Assembly: GCA_029856145.1 (NCBI GenBank) | Contig: JAHQWK010000008.1 | Coordinates: 32,001-96,000 of the forward strand | DNA: 64,000 bases | Source: Promethearchaeia archaeon | GTDB taxonomy: Archaea > Asgardarchaeota > Lokiarchaeia > Sigyniarchaeales > SOKP01 | Reading direction: 5' to 3' | In this document: positions 15,001 through 24,000 of the stretch, piece by piece | Position numbering within the stretch: position 1 is the first letter of the stretch | Layout of the letters: every line of letters begins with the position of its first letter | Notes under the pieces: generated by a model | What the model saw: only the letters and a program-made list of their open reading frames with translations | What the model was told of the DNA's origin: nothing | Database searches by the model: none | Made by a program: the position numbers and the translations under genes

Positions 15001-18000
15001 CCACTCCCCGAAACCGAGTATGTGCTTACATCTTCTGATTACGCATTAGAGTTTTATGAGAACGGGACTGCATATGTTCTTTTCTTCAAACCTGCAAATG
15101 AATTAAGCTCTTATACCGATGATGAAAATAGAATTATGATTGATTATTGGATAAATCACGAATTTTTGAAGAATTCAGATTACTCCATCCATGAAGATCC
15201 TAACGATCCATTTACCTCTCAGATTGACTGGGACTTTGCCTTTACCAGTTTAGATACTTACCACTTGCATCCTGATTTTGACAATGATGCCTTCTTTACT
15301 GTAGAATATTCTGCTTTAGAATGGGAGATATTTGATAGCCAATATATTCATAATGGTACCGATGATTTTACCTTCCAACCACGCGAATATTATAATGTTT
15401 CTGTATTATATACAGGAGGCACAAGTGATCTCTTTAGTGTTCAATATATCGTCCCAGAAGGACAGTATCATGATGATGAAGTACTACTTTCCTATCTTTA
15501 CGCGCTTGCTCAGAAAGGCGATGATGAAGAAACAATGGAAGTATTCTGTGTACCTAATACGGAGACTGTCAATAGCATTGAACAGAATGCTGCAGATTCT
15601 TATAACTATACTATTTATTTCAGCACAATTGAGACATACATTAAAGATACTTATGGTCAAGATTACGAGCTTGTTGACAATTCATATGTATATGTAGCAG
15701 CAAAATATTTTACTACTCAATTAAGATATTCATTGAGCCATACACCATTTAATTATGAATATTTAAGTGCCGGGAACAATCCTTACCATATTGCCCTTTA
15801 TATTGATGATACATTTATTGCTTACTCTTACGAATCCACATTTGATGATTATGTAGAAAAAATTGAGGATGAGTATATTTATTTCCACAATCGATCCTCA
15901 GGTGAAGATGGTTATATTGCTCCATTGAGCAAAATTCACCTTGAATATAAATTTAAGCTTCAACCAGGACTTCTTGATAGGAAAAATTTCCTAATTGTCA
16001 CCTATCCATGGACCAATCAATTTAATACCATAATGGACTCCATTCCTGCATATCGCGAGGAGTATCGTAAACTGAGTGGTGGATCTATCATAAGTCCATT
16101 CGAATACAGTCTTTCTATCGATAACAAGTACAGTATGTACCTAACCTACCGCTTAAACCAGAGGGATTATTATGAAGAGAAATTTGAGATAGCCTCTGAA
16201 CATTACAAGAGCTCTGTGAACGGATACGTTTATGAATTCATGACTCAAGAACTTGATAATTATGTTGATGTAATTGAAGCCAATGGAGAAGAAGCGTTAA
16301 GTGTATATTATTTCGACGGATTCAGTAAAATGAGGTTCTTAGATTCCACTCATTATGAAATTAACTTAGCCCAACGTGAGATCGTGATTAAGAATGATGG
16401 CAATCCACTTGCTTCACCTAATGGCCTCAGTGAATTTTATGTGTCCTTTATCCCAGATGGTCCTGATAGAACGTTTAGTAGTTATAAATTTTCCTATGAG
16501 AAATCCTCTAATATGGCAGATACATTACAAATGCCTTATTGGGACGTTCTCGAAGTAGAAGGTGTAGATGTAGTTCCTAACTTAGATGCGTTTTATTTCA
16601 TGAGCGAAAATGAATCTTCCATCAATAACATTGTATGTTATGCTTCCCAAATTGCCATATATCTTTCAGATAATACAGAAAAGCTAGAATTTAATATAGA
16701 TGGGGCGCTAACGGGATTTGATGAAGATATAATTAATGATATCCATACAGGCGAATTTCTTGCTCTATATATTGATACGAATATTAAGAATATTGAGAGT
16801 TTAGACTATCTTACAATAGAACTTTATGATAGTTCAGATTCATTAATCTCTGGTTTTACTCAAATGATCACCAGAGAAGAACTTGAGCTTTATGATCATA
16901 ATATAAGAATCGAATTGCCAACCAGTACAAATACATTAAAGAAAATACAATTTATCCCAACCTTTAGATCGGACGATGAGTACAGTTCAAATAATAATAT
17001 TGGTATTGCAAGATACCAAACTTTACAATGGGATTCCGAATTGGTATCGATTATGGAAGATGGTCAGAAATATATGCATGTTGAGTTGGAACATGATCTT
17101 AAGACCAATAATTCACAGTTAGCATACATCTATAATGATAAATTAGAGTATCTTACTTTCCCAGAAAATGTGTCGATATCATATACGCTTGAAAATTATA
17201 CTTCTACCATAAGTAAATATATATTACATATTCCAGTCAAATATGTCCATCCTACCACGAATGAAACCGAAGGATTTAGAGAGGAACAGACCTTAGTCCT
17301 ACGCTATAATTCTCCTGTTGATAGTGGAATTGCCATGGGTATTGGAAACATGTATTTTGAAGCGAAAGGATATAATTATGCGGCTCACCCAGATCTTCCA
17401 AAAGCAGAGTTTATGTTAGTAACTGCAAATGATTCTTCTGTATATTCAGAATTTTTAGATGATTATTATTATCAAAATTCGCTTCAATTAACTCCGTTTG
17501 ATACTGAATATAACAATAGATATAAATCTGTAAAAATCGACCTAAATTTGACTTCTTTATATGATTCTACCGGTAAAAATATATTAAACTTTACTCATCT
17601 GATCTTTTCAGTTCCCAATCCTACCTATGAACTTACCATTTCCGAAGTAGTCATCTTAGAAGAGACTCTAGACGCTTCTGAAGAATATGGAAGTATTGAT
17701 AGTAGGCTATGGCAATATACTGAAGCAGAAAGTTTTATTGCAAGCGCTGCCCCAGAGAACGATGAATATCAGTTAACTTTAGAAAATACTCCAATATTCT
17801 ATCCAAGTTTAGAATGGTTAGATTACCTTACCATTTATGATGAAGAAGGTAATTACTATACTGCGGGAATTACTGGAAATGATCATCAACTTCATTTTGA
17901 CTCAGCTACCAGTAAGTTTACTTGGAACCCCTCATTCAATCAATTCCCTGAATATTTTGGTATGGAATTTGAAGAACCTTTGATTGTGAATCCAAACATT

Positions 18001-21000
18001 ACCCTTTATTTCGAATATGCGACCAACACTTCATGGGCTCAACCAATTCTTCTTGAAGTGGAGAACATTGATCTTAGTTCTATTCGAGTGATTTATGATT
18101 ATAATTACTTACTGAAGCCAGAATTTTATGAATGGTACTCTTCGCTCTACAACATGGATCATTCCTATGAGAATATTGCCTATTCTTTCAAAGAAGAATC
18201 TGAATATAGAGTTGTTCAATATTATTATGAAGGATTTACCGTATATACCAGCTCATCAGAATATACCCACACGTTCAATATTGGCGATCTTTCATTTGAA
18301 AATGATTTTGTCAATCTGAGCCTCTATAAAGTAGTTGGAATTACCCCCACCTTAGATTATGAAATTTTAACTGATAACACTAATTACACCATTACATTCA
18401 ACAAAGCCACCAAAGAATTGAAGATCACCGACCTCAACTCTGGAAATGGATTATTAGATACATTTGACCAGATTACTGTCATTCTCAACTACTCTTGTGC
18501 TCCAATCTCAAGTTATACTGAAATTTATTTACGAAAAGAGTTTAACCAGACTTATCTTTCTGATCCAAAGGATACCTTCTATAATTACGTTGATATTGAT
18601 TACAAATACACTACAACAACAGGTGTATTGTTCGCTGAAAACTCGGCTATTTTGACCAGCGATACTACATCATTTATTTCCATTGATTATAGCCGTAATG
18701 CTGATATGAGTGCAAGTAATAAGTTAATTGGCTATGGTTCTGAGCTTTATGATAATTTCGAGATTTATTACGATGATACGTCCATACTATATGTTGCAGA
18801 TGTTGATATGGACGGAGACCCCGACTATAAGCTCACGATTGATGTTGATGGGAACGGGGAACTAGATATTATAAAATATGGTATTGATGATCCTCAAGGT
18901 TCAGGAGAAATTTATTGGCATACTGTTATCCAAGATTTCGAAAATTATCAGGTTTCAGTAGAAAATGATCTTGGCGAAGAAAAAAGGACACAATGGTTTG
19001 ATATAGATGACAGAATTTTTGCCCGTTTCGATTTTAATGTAGGAAAATTGCTTTTATACGCTTTATGTTTACCATTGTTACCATTCTACATTACCAAAAT
19101 GATGTTACCCGATGTGGACTATTGGGCGCAGAAATCCGTTCAAAACGAAGTGAGGAAAGAAGAGCATGTTTATGTATCTTACTATAGTATAAAGGTAGAT
19201 AATGATCGAGACGGTTTACCTGATACTCAAGTTGATTATGAATCCACCGATATCGATATTTACTATGAAATTATGGAGTATCGGGAGACTATTTTAGCAG
19301 CAAAAACTCAGAATATCTTCACAATATTAGGTGAATATGTTGCAAGAAGTATTTCTTCATTGTTTGATGGACCAAGAAATGACATTGTATTTAATAAGTA
19401 TCTCACAAAAGATCATCTGGAGTCTGGAAATTTTAGTTCTTGTCATTGGTACGTAAGGGCAAATGCTCCAGTATTAACTTCTACCTATCGCAAGTTTACT
19501 GAGAATGTCACCACTACATATATTGATAGTTTTAGCAAATCGACATTAACTGTAATCGATTTTGATGATGAAGGAGAGATTGAAGAGCAAAGAACATACA
19601 CTGATGATTTTGAAAATTTTGAAGTTGGACTAGACGAGTTTTTCTCCGATTTAGTTGAAGAACACTCTATAACAGATATTAATACAGGACAAGAATCTGA
19701 AATAAGTTTTGATCCTGATTTACCATTTACCCATTTTGAAAATCTTACATGGGATACACAGACATGGGGACCTGATGGAGTTCCTGTAAAGTATGACTCC
19801 TTATATGTCGAGGGAGATGGGTATAATTATACTTCAAACGCTTTCGAGAAGACAATCATCCTTAGAATTCCAAATAGATATTCATTATATGAGGATTACG
19901 GGGTAACTTCACGATACAAGACAAGGAATAGCGGATGGGCTGAATTTACAGCAACAGGGATGCTTATTAGACCCCTTGATGGTAAGGTATATTATACTTC
20001 TGATGCAGAAGCATTTGCTGAAGGAACAGCTAAGACCGACGGCTTTTATTTCTATGTAGATAGCGACTCAAATGGATTCTATGAGACAGTCTATATCTTA
20101 AGCGATACATATCTAAGAACTGACGCATCTGGGCTATTACAGTTTAACGTAATGGCAATAGGATATAACTATGACGGTTACCATGATCTCGTTCCGTACG
20201 AGAGATTAGGAAAGACAGCACTGCCAGTTTCTGACCTCGACAATTTAGGACATGAATCAACAAAATTTGGAACCGATTGGGTCTATAATTTTAATAACCT
20301 ACGTAATTGCAGACTCTTATGGGAAGAATTGACACCTTTAGAAGAATTAGGGTTAAAGCCAAAAGATCATATTTTTGAAATTTATAAACTTGTGGAACCA
20401 AGTGAACAGAATAGTAAATTCTCTTCATTATTCTACGATGTGAGGCACGAAACCTATTCAAATGCGTGGGAACAATATAGGAAACAATTAGTAGGAGATA
20501 TCATTGAGCAAGTGTTTATGTCCGTGACTGCAGGAATTCTTAGCGCATTTGTAGAATCTACTATATGTATAGCAACATTTGGCTTTGGAACAGCTCTAGC
20601 CAAGTTTTTAGGCGCACTTACATACTTTTTAACATACACTTTAATGACTAAGCTTTCCATCGATATCAAACTCCAAGCATCTCAAGCACGTGAGCGTTCT
20701 AACACCTTTTATGCAATTTCACAAGAGAATTATGAGCCTACCTCACTCAACCATAAAGCACCTGGTGATAGATATCTTCAAGATTCGATGGCGGCAGCTC
20801 TTATAGGACATCCCGGAGGATATTATACCACAATTAGTGGAGGTGAACCCGGAAATCAATATACCGCTCAAGCTTTAGTGAGTCCGCCAAATCTATACCG
20901 TGTGAGAAACGCATTTGCGGGATTTGGTGCTTTATTATGGGGAAATTTATGGAACATGGGAGAATCCGACCCTGATGTGTTTACAGCTCTTGATTTTGAT

Positions 21001-24000
21001 GATCGAAACTTAGACTATCTTCTGCATACCAGCGAGCTACCATCTTATAACCAAAAAGAACATTACACGTACGAAAACACTGTGAGATCTACCAACCTCT
21101 ATAATATTTATAAATTTACCACATTAGGATATCTCGAGAATGAAATAAAGGATGCTTCTAATAATCAGTTAAATACCATAAGACCTACATGTGTTGATGG
21201 ACAACCCCTTTATGAATTTGTAGACGGAGATCAATATGAACAAGTATTACCACAGCAAGTATTATTTAGACCAATTATTTTAAGTGAACGACGTTATTCT
21301 AAATTAGCACCAGTATCAGGCCATCTTACTGTTACTACTCAATGTAAGGATTATGGAAATACAAAAGGTGTAGATCCATACGAAATGACACCTTTGGAAG
21401 TTCAAGCAGGGTATAAAGCAAAGATCCCTCTCATGAATGATAGTTTTTACTATCCATTAATATCAGTTATTATTGATATCGTGAAGGAATCTGACTCTGA
21501 GACTGGACATTTCGCAAAGAATCTCATTATCAATAGCTCGTATTATAGGCTTGATTCTGGGAATTTATATTTCACTAAATCACTTGAGACAATCATTTCA
21601 GAAAAATATCCTGAATTTGAGACGGTATTAAGCCAAACATGGATAGAAGAGTTCCTTGATTGCGTAATTTATTACAATGTTCACATATATTTTGAAGTTT
21701 TTGTTCCCGATACTACAGAACAGACTCATCAATTAGCATTAGCCCAGACGACTTTCTACACAATCATGGATTATTTCAATCAGTATACTTATGCAGAGGT
21801 TTCGGCAAATATGATTTCAGAAATTGCATATACTGAGACACTAACCTTTTGGTCTACCTTAATCAGTGCCCCTCTTATCTTTTTAGGCTCTTGGGCTGTG
21901 AAAGGTTCCGATCAAATGATAGGTAAAGCGGGAATGGAATTAGTGAAAGCAGGCACTTCATCTATGCAACAACAAATCCGTAAAATGCTTATTAGACAAG
22001 TCATTGGTATAGCTCTAGCACCCCTTCAAGAAGTCCTTCAAGAGATCATCCAAGATGGCTTTATGGAGGCTGTAATTGAGAACGTGGTAGATATTTGGGG
22101 CTATTCAGATGATTTAGGATATTGGCTATCCTCGTTAGCCACTTCAGCGAGAGAAACGACAGGCGCATTAGGACGATTAGCCCTTGGTATTGATAACGAT
22201 ACGAAGTTAAACTTCATGTCTATTTTATCTTTAGCAAAAGCGAGATTAACTGGGGATACTGAATTAAGAACCAATGTTATGAACAATCTCCAGCAAGAAC
22301 AACAAGCTGACCTACAAAGACAAGCAGAAATGGGCATGTGGCAAAAACTCTGCAAATCAGGCTTTCTCAAAGGCTTTCTCATGCTCATCCCAAGCCTCTT
22401 TTTCGGCTCATTTAGCTTCATGTTCATAACCAGCTTTACGAATATGGTTGAAGGAGCGACTTCACTTGGACCACAGCTCTATAGCGAGTATAAGGCTAGA
22501 AGACAGGTGAATGAACATACTGAAGCTAAGACTGAGTTAAACTCCATGCTCAAAGATGACCCATCTATGTCTATGGACAATCTGTGGCTTAAAAACATGA
22601 GAAGACCTTCCAATCCCGATATAGAAGCTCTTAATAATCGATTTAGAGAACTTCAGCAAGATCCAAATGGTGATACAAAGACCGACTTAGAAGAATCTCC
22701 TATTGTAGATGTTTCCAGACTTACTAATCCCAACCCTAAGATTGATGAGTTAATACAACAATTCAAGCTTACAGACAAATTCCAAGAAATTCAAATAAAT
22801 AGTTGGATTTCAGAGCTCGGTCAAGACGCTCGTTTTGAGAGTAAGAAGGCAGAGCTAAAACGTGTAGCTGAGAATAAAAAGACAATTGACTTCGCCGGAC
22901 AAGTTGAGGCAATAAGAAAAATTATAAGGAATGCCCTAGAAGATTATCCGACACAATTAAGATATATGGATTATACAGGAGTCGTTCTCTATGACCCCAA
23001 GCATATAGGGTTCGGATTCAGATTAGGGCCAAATGCAAATCCAAAGATTTCTGGAATTTTACAATTCAGGGAAGATTTTCCTGAAACGCTGTCGACTGAG
23101 GATTACGCAAATGAGTTACAAAAGGCTTATGACGTTAAGACGCCTTTACAAGTTTGCTTATATAAGCAAGGAGAACTGATCTTAATGCCTAGAACCACTC
23201 AGTCTCATGCGGAATGGTTGAAGCAACACGGACATAATATCAAGACAGATAAAATTGTATTGATTCCAAAAAGCAAAGTAAGCAGTTTTAAGAATAAATA
23301 TCTTCCGACATACTCTAAGGGTGCTTGGGACTCTTCAAAGACCAGTCCTTACTTCGCAGAATTTAAATTGTTTATAGACGCAATAGAATCTACTTTAACA
23401 TATCATAGCGTAATTAATAAGCGGTCTGATATTAACACAATATTAAGGTTGAGTGAAGCCAATCCTAGTATCGACACATTAGATAAAGAAATATACCTCC
23501 TATCTAAGACGAATTTAGACGGTACTCCTAGTTCTAGGGTTAATTGGAATAAAGCAGAGGAGACACTTAACACATGGCTTGTCCGAATCCTTAATAACAT
23601 TGAATCAAGCTCAAGAATAGCTCCAAAAGATAAAGGTAGAGTGATACAGTCAATTAAAGCAATTTTTAATAACTATTATGAAATTTCAGGCTATAAATTT
23701 AAACATCCATTATATCGGGATGCAAAATTAACACTTTATCAGGTAGGTGAAGTATTGACAAGGATAGGAGCCATGACCACATTTTCAATTGAGAAATTAG
23801 ACGAATTACTCAAGACTGTGAATAAGCCAGGAGTTAGTAGTCTTTATAGGAACTTACAGAGGAATTCCGAAAGTAGACCTAGAACTACGACGGTTGAAGC
23901 ATTGCGCGATAACATTATTTTAGCAGCTACAAGTGCTGGCATTAGCCTTACCAAATCTCACGAGAAGCTCATCCAAGATATATTTAATGCTTATAGAGAT

